A DNA stretch of 37,551 nt from a virus (IMGVR_UViG_2778261670_000003); one strand, 5' to 3'. Positions 26,841 to 37,293 are shown, numbered from the stretch's first letter. Numbers and translations are program-made. The notes: a model not told the origin generated them from the sequence alone.

Positions 26841-27407
26841 ATGCTTATTGGCTATGTACGCGTGTCAACAAATGACCAGAACACCGATTTGCAACGTAAT
26901 GCACTGAACTGCGCGGGATGTGAGCGGATTTTTGAGGACAAAATCAGTGGCACTAAGTCCGACAGACCGGGACTGAAAAAACTGCTCAGGACATTATCGG
27001 CAGGTGACACTCTGGTTGTCTGGAAGCTGGACAGGTTGGGGCGCAGTATGCGGCATCTCGTTACGCTGATAGAAGAGCTGCGCCAGCGTGGCGTGAATTT
27101 CCGAAGCCTGACTGACAGTATTGATACCAGTACCCCAATGGGCCGTTTCTTTTTTCATGTCATGGGGGCCCTGGCTGAAATGGAGCGCGAACTGATAGTT
27201 GAACGTACCAGGGCGGGGCTGGCTGCAGCTCGCGCCAAAGGCAGAGTAGGTGGACGCCGTCCTAAGTTGATCACCGAACAGTGGGCACAGATTGGACGTT
27301 TACTCGAGGCCGGAGAATCAAGACAGCGTATTGCACTGATTTTTGATGTAGGTGTTTCCACAATTTATAGAAAATTTCCGGCAAATAAGAGCAATGAATC
27401 CCCCTGA
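26841..27407 (+). CDS. Site-specific DNA invertase, serine recombinase (Hin/Gin/Pin/Cin family)
   Basis: N-terminal …GYVRVSTNDQ… catalytic serine motif and C-terminal HTH; 188 aa. Adjacent to the invertible segment. Confidence 0.9.
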   Translation: MLIGYVRVSTNDQNTDLQRNALNCAGCERIFEDKISGTKSDRPGLKKLLRTLSAGDTLVVWKLDRLGRSMRHLVTLIEELRQRGVNFRSLTDSIDTSTPMGRFFFHVMGALAEMERELIVERTRAGLAAARAKGRVGGRRPKLITEQWAQIGRLLEAGESRQRIALIFDVGVSTIYRKFPANKSNESP

Positions 27408-27455
27408 ATCAGCATTATGTTGATTATCCCTGCAAGCAGACAAATACCGTCATTT

Positions 27456-27473
27456 TGTATGAATAACGGTACA
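27456..27473 (+). promoter_or_regulatory. TGT-N12-ACA dyad (P_F-like late promoter element)
   Basis: TGTatgaataacggtACA upstream of the sheath gene. Confidence 0.45.
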
Positions 27474-27549
27474 ACTGCGCTTAGCTGTTTGTCAGGCACA
27501 ATCACTTCAACATAGGGCGAAGCCTAATCCAATCAGGAGGTTCGCCACT

Positions 27550-28722
27550 ATGGCTCAGGATTACCACCACGGGGTGCGCGTTGTTGAAGTCAACGAAGGC
27601 ACCCGATCCATTACCACGGTGAGCACCGCCATCGTGGGTATGGTCTGCACGGGCGATGATGCCGATGCAAAAATGTTTCCTCTTAATAAACCCGTGCTGA
27701 TCACTGATGTGCTGACTGCCAGCGGTAAAGCGGGTGAGTCCGGTACTCTGGCCCGTTCGCTGGATGCCATCGCTGACCAGGCAAAACCCGTGACCGTTGT
27801 TGTGCGTGTGCCGCAGGGTGAAACGGAAGACGAAACCACGACCAATATCATCGGCGCAGTGACTGCTGAAGGTAAAAAAACAGGTATGAAAGCCCTGTTA
27901 TCTGCCCAGTCACAGCTCGGCGTTAAACCGCGCATTCTCGGCGTGCCAGGCCACGATAACAAAGCCGTTGCGACTGAGTTGCTGAGCGTGGCGCAAAGCC
28001 TGCGTGGGTTTGCTTACCTGTCAGCGTATGGCTGCAAGACGGTACAGGAGGCGATCACTTACCGTGAAAACTTCAGCCAGCGCGAAGGGATGCTGATCTG
28101 GCCTGACTTTACGGGCTGGGACACGGTGCTGAATGCCGAAGCAACGGCATATGCCACCGCCCGTGCGCTCGGTCTGCGCGCCAAAATTGATGAGCAGACC
28201 GGATGGCACAAAAGCCTGTCCAACGTGGGCGTGAACGGTGTCACCGGAATTTCTGCTGATGTGTTCTGGGATCTGCAGGACCCGGCAACCGATGCAGGTC
28301 TGCTTAACCAGAACGACGTTACCACGCTTATCCGCAAAGACGGTTTCCGCTTCTGGGGTTCCCGCTGTCTGAGCGATGACCCGCTCTTTGCCTTCGAAAA
28401 CTACACCCGCACGGCGCAGGTACTGATGGACACGATGGCAGAAGCGCACATGTGGGCAGTGGACAAACCGCTGAATCCGTCGCTGGCCCGCGACATTATC
28501 GAAGGTATCCGCGCCAAAATGCGCAGCCTGGTCAGTCAGGGGTATCTCATTGGTGGTGATTGCTGGCTGGACGAGTCGGTGAACGACAAAGACACTCTGA
28601 AAGCCGGGAAACTCACTATCGACTACGACTACACGCCAGTGCCGCCACTTGAAAACCTGATGCTGCGTCAGCGCATCACCGATCAGTACCTGGTGAATTT
28701 CGCCAGCCAGGTCAGCGCGTAA
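27550..28722 (+). CDS. Tail sheath protein (P2 gpFI-like)
   Basis: 390 aa, AGGAGG SD. Confidence 0.9.
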   Translation: MAQDYHHGVRVVEVNEGTRSITTVSTAIVGMVCTGDDADAKMFPLNKPVLITDVLTASGKAGESGTLARSLDAIADQAKPVTVVVRVPQGETEDETTTNIIGAVTAEGKKTGMKALLSAQSQLGVKPRILGVPGHDNKAVATELLSVAQSLRGFAYLSAYGCKTVQEAITYRENFSQREGMLIWPDFTGWDTVLNAEATAYATARALGLRAKIDEQTGWHKSLSNVGVNGVTGISADVFWDLQDPATDAGLLNQNDVTTLIRKDGFRFWGSRCLSDDPLFAFENYTRTAQVLMDTMAEAHMWAVDKPLNPSLARDIIEGIRAKMRSLVSQGYLIGGDCWLDESVNDKDTLKAGKLTIDYDYTPVPPLENLMLRQRITDQYLVNFASQVSA

Positions 28723-28731
28723 GGGGACAAC

Positions 28732-29247
28732 ATGGCTTTACCACGCAAATTAAAACACCTGAACCTGTTTAACGACGGGAACAACTGGCAGGGGATCGTT
28801 GAGTCGCTGACGCTGCCGAAATTCACCCGCAAATATGAGAAGTATCGCGGCGGCGGAATGCCGGGGGCGGTGGATGTGGATCTGGGGCTTGATGACAGTG
28901 CTCTGGACACAGAATTTTCCATTGGTGGTACTGAACTGCTGCTGTTTAAGCAGATGGGCAAAGCCACTGTGGATGGCATCCAGCTGCGCTTTACTGGCTC
29001 TATCCAGCGTGACGATACCGGGGAAGTGCAGGCTGTGGAGCTTGTGGTGCGAGGACGTCACAAAGAAGTGGATTCCGGCGAGTGGAAGACGGGCGAAAGC
29101 AACACCACCAAAGTGACCAGTACCAACAGCTACGCGAAGCTGACCATCAATGGTGAGGTGCTCTATGAAGTGGACCTTATCAACATGGTGGAAATTGTGG
29201 ACGGTGTGGACCTGATGGAAGCGCACCGCAACGCCCTCGGCCTCTGA
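28732..29247 (+). CDS. Tail tube protein (P2 gpFII-like)
   Basis: 171 aa, follows sheath. Confidence 0.9.
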   Translation: MALPRKLKHLNLFNDGNNWQGIVESLTLPKFTRKYEKYRGGGMPGAVDVDLGLDDSALDTEFSIGGTELLLFKQMGKATVDGIQLRFTGSIQRDDTGEVQAVELVVRGRHKEVDSGEWKTGESNTTKVTSTNSYAKLTINGEVLYEVDLINMVEIVDGVDLMEAHRNALGL

Positions 29248-29301
29248 TGTATCTGAACGGCGCGGGATACCGCGCCAGAACCCAATTTACAGGACAATAA
29301 A

Positions 29302-29604
29302 ATGAGCGATAAGCAGACTGAAAAGACCATTCAACTGGATACCCCCATCATGCGCGGTAAAACAGAAATTACCGAAATTGTGCTGCGTAAACCGCAGTCC
29401 GGTGCGCTGCGCGGTATACGCCTGCAGGCCATTATGGATATGGATGTGAACGCGATGATGACCGTGATCCCCCGCATTTCCAGTCCGGCACTGACCGCAC
29501 AAGAAATTGCAGAGATGGACCCGGCAGATCTCACCGCTATGTCGGTTGAGGTTGTCACTTTTTTGTTGAAGAAGTCGGTGCTTGCCGGTTTACCGACAGC
29601 CTGA
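29302..29604 (+). CDS. Tail assembly chaperone (P2 gpE-like)
   Basis: 100 aa upstream of the tape measure gene; contains slippery site. Confidence 0.8.
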   Translation: MSDKQTEKTIQLDTPIMRGKTEITEIVLRKPQSGALRGIRLQAIMDMDVNAMMTVIPRISSPALTAQEIAEMDPADLTAMSVEVVTFLLKKSVLAGLPTA

Positions 29605-29738
29605 CGGTTGACGATCTGGTGGCTGATATCGCCACCATCTTTCACTGGCCGCCATCCGTTACTGACGTTATGCCGCTGACCGAAGTGCTGGAATGGCGGT
29701 ATAAAGCGATTCAGAGAAGCGGGGCTAACGATGAGTGA
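29302..29738 (+). CDS. E+E' frameshift fusion product (tail assembly chaperone long form)
   Basis: -1 frame after the slippery site reads through to TGA at 29736-29738, overlapping the start of T. Confidence 0.5.
29559..29565 (+). other. Programmed -1 ribosomal frameshift slippery heptamer T TTT TTG
   Basis: Seen directly; same heptamer type used by P2 E/E'. The -1 frame stays open to 29738. Confidence 0.55.
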
Positions 29739-32700
29739 TAATAACCTGCGCCTGCAGGTCATTCTTAATGCGGTTGACAAACTCACCCGCCCATTCCGTG
29801 CTGCACAGGCCAGTTCGAAAGAGCTGGCTGGCGCAATCAGAAACTCCCGTGACGCATTAAAGCAACTCAATCAGGCGGGTAACAGCCTGGAAAAATTTCG
29901 CAAGCTGCAGGCCGATAACAAAAAGTTAGGCGACAGGCTGAACTATGCCAGACAGAAGGCAAATTTGCTTAGTTCTGAGCTGGAAGCGATGGAACAACCA
30001 TCACAACGGCACCTTGTGGCTTTAGGTCGGCAAACGCTGGCAGTCCAACGCCTGGAAGAACAACAAAAATATTTGCAGAAGCAAACGGCGCTTGTGCGTG
30101 CAGAACTGTACCGGGCGGGAATTTCTGCGAAAGATGATGCGGGAGCAACTGCCCGTTTAGCCCGTGAAACATCACGTTATAACCAGGAACTGTCGAAACA
30201 GGAGGCGCGGCTGAAGCGACTGGGGGAAGCTCAGCGCAGGATGAATGCAGCGCGTGCCAGTTATGCCCGTTCGCTGGAGGTGCGCGATCGCATCGCAGGA
30301 GCCGGAGCCACCACCACGGCGGCAGGGCTGGCAATGGGGACGCCAGTGATGGCGGCAGTAAAAAGCTATACCAGCATGGAAGATGCCATGAAAGGTGTGG
30401 CAAAGCAGGTCAATGGTCTGCGTGACGATAATGGCAACCGCACTGCACGTTTTTATGAAATGCAGGATGCCATCAAAGCTGCCAGCGAACAGTTGCCGAT
30501 GGAAAACGGTGCGGTGGACTTCGCTGCACTGGTTGAAGGTGGTGCGCGTATGAACGTTGCAAACCCTGACGACAGCTGGGAGGACCAGAAACGTGACCTG
30601 CTGGCCTTCGCCAGTACGGCAGCAAAGGCGGCAACAGCCTTTGAGCTGCCAGCGGATGAACTGTCAGAAAGTCTGGGGAAAATCGCCCAGCTCTACAAAA
30701 TCCCTACCCGCAATATTGAACAGCTCGGTGATGCGCTGAACTATCTGGATGATAACGCCATGTCGAAAGGGGCAGACATCATTGATGTCATGCAACGCCT
30801 GGGCGGTGTGGCTGATCGTCTGGATTATCGTAAAGCGGCGGCGCTGGGTTCCACCTTCCTGACACTGGGCGCTGCGCCAGAGGTTGCAGCCAGTGCAGCA
30901 AACGCGATGGTGCGTGAATTGTCCATTGCCACCATGCAGAGCAAGAGTTTCTTTGAAGGGATGAATCTGCTGAAACTCAATCCTGAAGTGATTGAAAAGC
31001 AGATGACGAAGGATGCGATGGGAACCATCCAGCGCGTGCTGGAGAAGGTGAACGCACTGCCGCAGGATAAGCGCCTGTCTGCCATGACCATGTTGTTTGG
31101 TAAAGAGTTTGGCGATGACGCAGCGAAACTGGCAAACAACCTTCCGGAACTGCAGCGCCAGCTAAAACTGACAGCGGGCAATGATGCGCTCGGTTCCATG
31201 CAGAAAGAATCCGACATCAACAAGGACTCACTTTCTGCTCAGTGGTTGCTGGTCAAAACCGGAGCGCAGAACACCTTCAGCAGCCTGGGCGAAACGCTGC
31301 GCCAGCCGCTGATGGATATTCTGTTCACGGTGAAAAGCGTCACAGGGGCGTTGCGTCGCTGGGTGGAAGCTAACCCGGAACTGACAGGCACACTGATGAA
31401 AGTAGCCGCTGTGGTGGCTGCCGTTACCGTGGGCCTCGGCACCTTAGCGGTGGCGCTGGCTGCAGTGCTGGGGCCGCTGGCAGTGATCCGTCTGGGATTC
31501 TCTGTGCTGGGTATCAAAATGTTACCTTCCGTTACGGCAGCAGTAACTCGAACCAGCAGCGCGTTGTCCTGGCTGGCTGGCGCACCACTGGCACTGCTGC
31601 GACGCGGGCTTGCTTCATCGGGCAACGCCGCAGGTTTACTTACTGCGCCGTTGTCGTCTTTGCGCCGCACGGCATCACTGACGGGAAATGTCCTGAAAAC
31701 GGTAGCAGGTGCGCCGGTTGCACTTTTGCGGTCTGGATTATCCGGGTTACGTGCGGTTGCTGTGATGTTTATGAATCCACTGGCAGCACTACGCGGTGGA
31801 CTGGCTGCCGCAGGCGCGGTGCTGCGTGTGCTGGCATCCGGTCCGCTGGCGATGCTGCGCGTTGCCCTGTATGCCGTATCTGGTCTGTTAGGTGCTCTGC
31901 TCAGTCCGATAGGTCTTGTGGTTACTGCACTGGCGGGCGTGGCGCTGGTTGTCTGGAAATACTGGCAACCCATCACCGCATTTCTCGGTGGCGTGGTGGA
32001 AGGATTCAAAGCGGCGGCAGGTCCCATCAGTGCTGCATTCGAACCGCTTAAGCCCGTGTTTCAGTGGATTGGCGACAAAGTACAGGCGCTGTGGGGCTGG
32101 TTTACTGATCTGCTGACGCCCGTTAAGTCGACCTCTGCCGAACTGCAGAGTGCAGCGGCAATGGGGCGGCGATTCGGGGAGGCACTGGCGGAAGGGCTGA
32201 ATATGGTCATGCATCCGCTGGACTCCCTGAAATCCGGCGTTTCCTGGTTGCTGGAGAAACTCGGCATTGTCAGTAAAGAGGCCGCAAAGGCAAAACTACC
32301 GGAAAGCGTGACGCGTCAGCAACCTGCGACGGTGAATGCAGACGGTAAAGTGATGATGCCATCGGGTGATTTTCCGTCATGGGGATATGGCTTTGCGGGT
32401 ATGTATGACAGCGGCGGCTATATCCCGCGTGGGCAGTTTGGCATCGTCGGTGAAAACGGGCCGGAAATTGTTAACGGCCCGGCAAACGTGACCAGCCGGA
32501 GAAATACAGCTGCACTGGCTGCCGTTGTCGCCGGAATGATGGGCGTTGCTGCCGCGCCAGCAGAGCTTCCACCGTTGCATCCTTTGGCGCTTCCCGCGAA
32601 AGGCGGTGAAGCGATGGTGAGTCGTGCAGCTACTGTGCCGCCCATTTACCGGATTGAAGCACCGACGCAGATCATCATCCAGACACAGCCAGGACAAAAT

Positions 32701-32808
32701 GCGCAGGATATTGCGCGGGAGGTGGCCCGCCAGCTTGATGAACGTGAACGCAGGTTGAAGGCAAAAGCCAGGAGTAACTACAGCGATCAGGGGGGATACG
32801 ACGCATGA
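29731..32808 (+). CDS. Tail tape measure protein (P2 gpT-like)
   Basis: 1025 aa, Ala/Leu-rich central region. Confidence 0.9.
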   Translation: MSDNNLRLQVILNAVDKLTRPFRAAQASSKELAGAIRNSRDALKQLNQAGNSLEKFRKLQADNKKLGDRLNYARQKANLLSSELEAMEQPSQRHLVALGRQTLAVQRLEEQQKYLQKQTALVRAELYRAGISAKDDAGATARLARETSRYNQELSKQEARLKRLGEAQRRMNAARASYARSLEVRDRIAGAGATTTAAGLAMGTPVMAAVKSYTSMEDAMKGVAKQVNGLRDDNGNRTARFYEMQDAIKAASEQLPMENGAVDFAALVEGGARMNVANPDDSWEDQKRDLLAFASTAAKAATAFELPADELSESLGKIAQLYKIPTRNIEQLGDALNYLDDNAMSKGADIIDVMQRLGGVADRLDYRKAAALGSTFLTLGAAPEVAASAANAMVRELSIATMQSKSFFEGMNLLKLNPEVIEKQMTKDAMGTIQRVLEKVNALPQDKRLSAMTMLFGKEFGDDAAKLANNLPELQRQLKLTAGNDALGSMQKESDINKDSLSAQWLLVKTGAQNTFSSLGETLRQPLMDILFTVKSVTGALRRWVEANPELTGTLMKVAAVVAAVTVGLGTLAVALAAVLGPLAVIRLGFSVLGIKMLPSVTAAVTRTSSALSWLAGAPLALLRRGLASSGNAAGLLTAPLSSLRRTASLTGNVLKTVAGAPVALLRSGLSGLRAVAVMFMNPLAALRGGLAAAGAVLRVLASGPLAMLRVALYAVSGLLGALLSPIGLVVTALAGVALVVWKYWQPITAFLGGVVEGFKAAAGPISAAFEPLKPVFQWIGDKVQALWGWFTDLLTPVKSTSAELQSAAAMGRRFGEALAEGLNMVMHPLDSLKSGVSWLLEKLGIVSKEAAKAKLPESVTRQQPATVNADGKVMMPSGDFPSWGYGFAGMYDSGGYIPRGQFGIVGENGPEIVNGPANVTSRRNTAALAAVVAGMMGVAAAPAELPPLHPLALPAKGGEAMVSRAATVPPIYRIEAPTQIIIQTQPGQNAQDIAREVARQLDERERRLKAKARSNYSDQGGYDA

Positions 32809-33290
32809 TGATGGTGCTGGGATTGTACGTGTTTATGCTGCGCACCGTGCCGTATCAGGAACTGCAGTATCAACGCAGCTGGCGACATGCGGCTAACAGC
32901 CGGGTAAATCGTCGTCCGTCCACGCAGTTTCTGGGACCGGACAACGACATGCTGACGCTTTCCGGTGTTCTTATGCCGGAGATAACAGGCGGCAGGCTGT
33001 CGTTGCTGGCACTTGAGCAGATGGCAGAACAGGGGAAAGCATGGCCCCTGATTGAAGGCAGCGGCACGATTTACGGCATGTATGTGATTGAGGGACTGAA
33101 TCAGACTAAAACGGAGTTTTTCCGCGACGGTATGCCGCGCCGGATTGAGTTCACCCTGTCGCTCAAACGGGTGGATGAATCCCTGTCCGATATGTTCGGT
33201 GATCTCAGTGCGCAGCTGAATAATCTGCAGGACACGGCAACATCTGCATTAAGCGATATCAGTAAAACGGTGGGAGGGCTGCTGTCGTGA
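32805..33290 (+). CDS. Tail protein (P2 gpU-like)
   Basis: 161 aa, overlapping start with T stop. Confidence 0.85.
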   Translation: MMMVLGLYVFMLRTVPYQELQYQRSWRHAANSRVNRRPSTQFLGPDNDMLTLSGVLMPEITGGRLSLLALEQMAEQGKAWPLIEGSGTIYGMYVIEGLNQTKTEFFRDGMPRRIEFTLSLKRVDESLSDMFGDLSAQLNNLQDTATSALSDISKTVGGLLS

Positions 33291-34387
33291 ATTTCAGCTC
33301 TGAACTGCTTAACAAAGGCAACAAAACTCCTGCATTCAGCATCAGTATTGAGGGCAGGGATATCACTACTGTGCTGGATAACCGCCTGATGAGTCTGACG
33401 CTGACGGACAATCGGGGATTTGAAGCGGACCAGCTTGATCTGGAGCTGGACGACGCCGACGGAAAAATCGTGCTGCCGCGCCGTGGTGCGGTCATTACGC
33501 TGGCGCTGGGGTGGAAGGGGCAGCCGCTTTTCCCGAAAGGGGCATTCACGGTGGACGAGATTGAACACACTGGCGCACCGGACCGCCTGACTATCCGGGC
33601 GCGAAGTGCTGATTTTCGTGAAACGCTGAATACCCGCCGTGAAAAATCGTGGCACAAGACCACCGTTGGGGAAGTCGTGAAGGAAATATCTGCGCGGCAC
33701 AAACTGAAGATGGCATTGGGTGAAGACCTGTCGGATAAACCCGTGGAGCATATAGACCAGACCAATGAGAGTGACGGCAGTTTTCTGATGCGGCTGGCGC
33801 GCCAGTACGGTGCTATTGCGTCGGTGAAAAATGGCAATCTGTTATTCATCCGGCAGGGACAGGGTAAAAGCGCCAGCGGTAAACCACTACCGGTTATCAC
33901 TATCACACGTAAGGACGGCGACAGTCACCGCTTTACCCTGGCAGATCGCGGAGCCTACACGGGCGTAATTGCCAGCTGGTTGCATACCCGCGAACCCGCG
34001 AAGAAAGAAAGCACCACGGTGAAGCGTAAGCGCAGGACTAAGAAGCAGAAGAAAGAGCCGGAAGCGAAGCAGGGCGATTACCTGGTGGGTACGGATGAAA
34101 ACGTGCTGGTACTTAATCGCACTTATGCCAACCGGAGCAACGCCGAACGAGCGGCGAAAATGCAGTGGGAACGCCTGCAACGCGGCGTTGCGTCATTCTC
34201 GTTACAACTGGCGGAAGGGCGGGCAGATCTCTACACGGAAATGCCAGTGAAAGTCAGTGGCTTTAAACAGCCGATAGATGATGCGGAATGGACCATTACG
34301 ACTCTGACGCATACCGTAAGCCCGGATAATGGTTTTACGACCAGTCTGGAGCTTGAAGTGAGGATTGATGATTTCGAAATGGAATGA
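33287..34387 (+). CDS. Tail protein D (P2 gpD-like)
   Basis: 366 aa, GTG start overlapping U stop. Confidence 0.85.
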   Translation: MNFSSELLNKGNKTPAFSISIEGRDITTVLDNRLMSLTLTDNRGFEADQLDLELDDADGKIVLPRRGAVITLALGWKGQPLFPKGAFTVDEIEHTGAPDRLTIRARSADFRETLNTRREKSWHKTTVGEVVKEISARHKLKMALGEDLSDKPVEHIDQTNESDGSFLMRLARQYGAIASVKNGNLLFIRQGQGKSASGKPLPVITITRKDGDSHRFTLADRGAYTGVIASWLHTREPAKKESTTVKRKRRTKKQKKEPEAKQGDYLVGTDENVLVLNRTYANRSNAERAAKMQWERLQRGVASFSLQLAEGRADLYTEMPVKVSGFKQPIDDAEWTITTLTHTVSPDNGFTTSLELEVRIDDFEME

Positions 34388-34477
34388 TTCTTCGCAATGG
34401 AGAACTTTTAAGTTTGCAAAATGGAATAATGCGGTATCATTATTGTGAATTTAGCAAAAATGGGGAGAACTCGAAAA

Positions 34478-34696
34478 ATGATGATTTGCCCACTGTGTGG
34501 AAGTGCCGCCCATACTCGCAGCAGTTTTCAGGTATCTTCATTGACCAAAGAGCGTTACAACCAGTGCCAGAACATTAACTGCAGCCATACTTTTGTTACC
34601 CATGAAACTTTTGTTCGTTCGATTGCAACGCCAAAAGAGTCAAATCCGGTTCAGCCGCATCCAATGAAATCAGGACAGGTGGCGCTCTCTCTTTGA
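34478..34696 (+). CDS. ogr: Ogr/Delta-family zinc-finger late-gene activator
   Basis: 72 aa with CPLCG…CQNINC zinc-binding motif. GGGGAGA SD. The ORF track start at 34445 is an extension. Confidence 0.85.
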   Translation: MMICPLCGSAAHTRSSFQVSSLTKERYNQCQNINCSHTFVTHETFVRSIATPKESNPVQPHPMKSGQVALSL

Positions 34697-34719
34697 CGCT
34701 GCCGCCATTTTGTCGCCAT
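34697..34719. repeat. Putative attR core (cgctgccgccaTtttgtcgccat)
   Basis: 22 of 23 nt identical to 19-41; immediately follows the ogr stop. Confidence 0.5.
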
Positions 34720-34770
34720 CGTTAAAAAACAGTGCTTCTAACATCATGATTTTAAACAGCTTAAATTTCA

Positions 34771-34819
34771 GGCAACAAAAAACCCATCAACCTTGAACCG
34801 AAATGGCGGGGTTGATGGG
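34771..34819 (-). terminator. Rho-independent terminator downstream of ybjL (minus strand)
   Basis: Inverted repeat CCCATCAACC / GGTTGATGGG (34783-34792 / 34810-34819) followed on the minus strand by a TTTTTTGTTG run. Confidence 0.5.
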
Positions 34820-34931
34820 CTCCACAAAATGGGGACATCAAAGAAAAGCAGTGGCACTAATTAAGACTGATGCCCTGCGGAAAAGTTCTGCGGTTGTGCA
34901 AAAAAATTTCATTTTCAGGGCAACTTCAGTT

Positions 34932-36617
34932 TTATCCTAATCCTGGCCATACCATGACGATGATTGTCCCTGCCAGCGTCAGCAGGACGTTGGCGATTGC
35001 GTAGGTGCCCGCATAGCCCAGCGCAGGGATGTTACTGCGAGCTGTATCACTGATGATCTCCATTGCCGGCGCGCAGGTGCGTGCGCCCATCATTGCGCCG
35101 AACAACAGTGCGCGGTTCATTCGCAATACATAAGCACCGAACAAGAAACAGATAACCACGGGCACAAGACTGACAATTAATCCGGCAATCAACATCTGAC
35201 CGCCAATCGCGCCCAGGCCGTTATTAATACCGCTACCGGCGCTCAGACCAACGCCTGCCATAAACACCATCAAGCCGAACTCTTTCACCATGCTTAATGC
35301 ACCTTGCGGAATGTAACCGAAGGTCGGGTGGTTAGCACGCATAAAGCCCAGCATAATTCCGGCGAATAACAACCCGGCAGCGTTCCCCATGCCGAAACTG
35401 AATGTGCTGAACTGGAAGGTGATCATCCCGATCATCAGCCCAATAACAAAGAAGGCGCAAAATGCCAGCAGGTCAGTGACCTGGCTGTGAATCGAGATAA
35501 AGCCGATGCGATCGGCGATGGTTTTTACGCGACGGGCATCACCGCTGACTTGTAAAACGTCACCTTTGTTAAGCACGACGTTGTCATCTATCGGCATCTC
35601 AATCTGGCTACGAATGACGCGGTTAAGGAAGCAACCGTGATCGGTCAACTTCAGTTGTGCGAGACGTTTACCTACAGCGTTATGGTTTTTAACGACCACT
35701 TCTTCAGTGACGATACGCATGTCGAGAAGGTCACGATCGAAAACTTCTTTACCGTTACGGAAGCTGGGATCGAGTCGGGCATGGGCGTCGGGATAGCCTA
35801 CCAACGCTATTTCATCGCCCATTTGTAGCACGGCATCACCGTCTGGATTTGCCAGAATCCCGTTACGTCGAATACGTTCAATGTAGCAGCCGGTTTGTCG
35901 ATAAATACCCAGTTCACGCAGATTTTTGCCGTCGGTCCAGGCCACCAGCTCCGGGCCGACGCGATAGGCGCGGATCACCGGTAAATAAACCTTACGGTTG
36001 GCATCAGTGTCCAGGCCACGTTCGCGGGCGATTTGCTGGGCGCTGGTCTGTAAGTCCTGATGCTGCAATTTCGGCAAGTAACGCGCACCAACAATCAAAC
36101 TCACCAGACCGATTAAATAGGTTAAGGCATACCCGAGGCTCAGATTATCCAGTGCCAGTGAGAGCTGCCTGCTTTCCATGCCGGAATGACGCAGTGTATC
36201 GCCAGCACCGACCAGAACCGGTGTCGACGTCATAGAGCCTGCTAACATACCGGCCGTCAGGCCAATATCCCAGCCAAACAGCTTACCTAACCCTAAGGCG
36301 ATCACCAGCGCACTGCCAACCATCACCAGTGCTAACATTAGGTAATTTTTCCCATCGCGAAAAAAAATGGAAAAAAAGTTCGGTCCGGCTTCGACCCCGA
36401 CGCAGAAAATAAACAGCATAAAGCCAAGATTAAGCGCATCGGTGTTAATGCTGAAATGTTGTTGGCCTAATAACAGCGATACGACTAAAACGCCAATGGA
36501 ATTACCCAGTTGGATCGAACCAAGTCGTAACTTTCCGAGACATAGCCCAAGCGCGAGGACCACAAATAATAACAGAATGTAATTCCCATTTAACAATTCG
36601 GCGACGTTTATATTCAC
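34932..36617 (-). CDS. ybjL: Putative transport protein YbjL (host chromosomal gene)
   Basis: 561-aa polytopic membrane protein with central soluble domains. Recognised as E. coli YbjL by size and by synteny with ybjM and grxA. Confidence 0.85.
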
Positions 36618-36886
36618 GGAGGCTAACTTCTTGTTTACTAGTAAGCTGTTGAAAGAAATGGTAATTTACGATAATGTTTTTTACCAGAATTCAGGGCGCA
36701 GATTCATTCAGCGCACCTAAACGATAGTAAAGTAACAATATATTTTACTAGTGTAATCACATTAGGTATCAACGGCTATATGAATTGCGTTGGCCTATAT
36801 TAGCATGGAATGCGAAGCGGCTTTATCTTACTGAACGCCACACTGGCGAAAAATGTGTTCGATAGACGCAGTGTCAGGAGGAACGA

Positions 36887-37264
36887 GTGAAACATAAACA
36901 ACGTTGGGCGGGGGCAATCTGCTGTTTTGTCCTCTTCATTGTGGTGTGCCTTTTTCTGGCGACGCACATGAAAGGCGCTTTTCGGGCTGCCGGGCATCCT
37001 GAAATCGGCTTGCTATTTTTCATTCTTCCTGGAGCAGTCGCCAGCTTCTTTTCACAGCGTAGAGAAGTCCTGAAACCTCTGTTTGGCGCAATGCTGGCGG
37101 CACCCTGTTCGATGCTCATTATGCGGCTGTTTTTTTCACCGACGCGCTCATTCTGGCAAGAGCTGGCATGGTTACTAAGCGCGGTGTTCTGGTGTGCGCT
37201 GGGGGCACTGTGTTTCTTATTTATCAGTAGTTTGTTTAAACCACAGCACAGAAAAAATCAGTAA
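36887..37264 (+). CDS. ybjM: Inner membrane protein YbjM (host)
   Basis: 125-aa hydrophobic protein, AGGAGG SD, GTG start. Confidence 0.8.
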   Translation: MKHKQRWAGAICCFVLFIVVCLFLATHMKGAFRAAGHPEIGLLFFILPGAVASFFSQRREVLKPLFGAMLAAPCSMLIMRLFFSPTRSFWQELAWLLSAVFWCALGALCFLFISSLFKPQHRKNQ

Positions 37265-37293
37265 AGCCCTCAACGCGAGGGCTTGTCAGACGA

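Larger units (their letters stand above)
19..34719. mobile_element. Complete P2/186-like prophage, attL core to attR core
   Basis: Canonical integrated P2 gene order from int to ogr. A 23-bp direct repeat with one mismatch flanks it (19-41 and 34697-34719). Host genes ybjL, ybjM, grxA follow on the right. Confidence 0.75.

Noticed and set aside
29259-29276. GGCGCGG-GATA-CCGCGCC hairpin between FII and E as a terminator
   Set aside because: No T-tract follows on either strand; more likely an RNA stability or attenuator element, not annotated.
29331-29870. 179-aa minus-strand ORF spanning the E/T junction
   Set aside because: Antisense to E, E' and T, which are supported by synteny and the frameshift signal.
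31239-32027. 262-aa minus-strand ORF inside the tape measure gene
   Set aside because: Antisense shadow ORF within a GC-rich, Ala-rich gene; no independent support.
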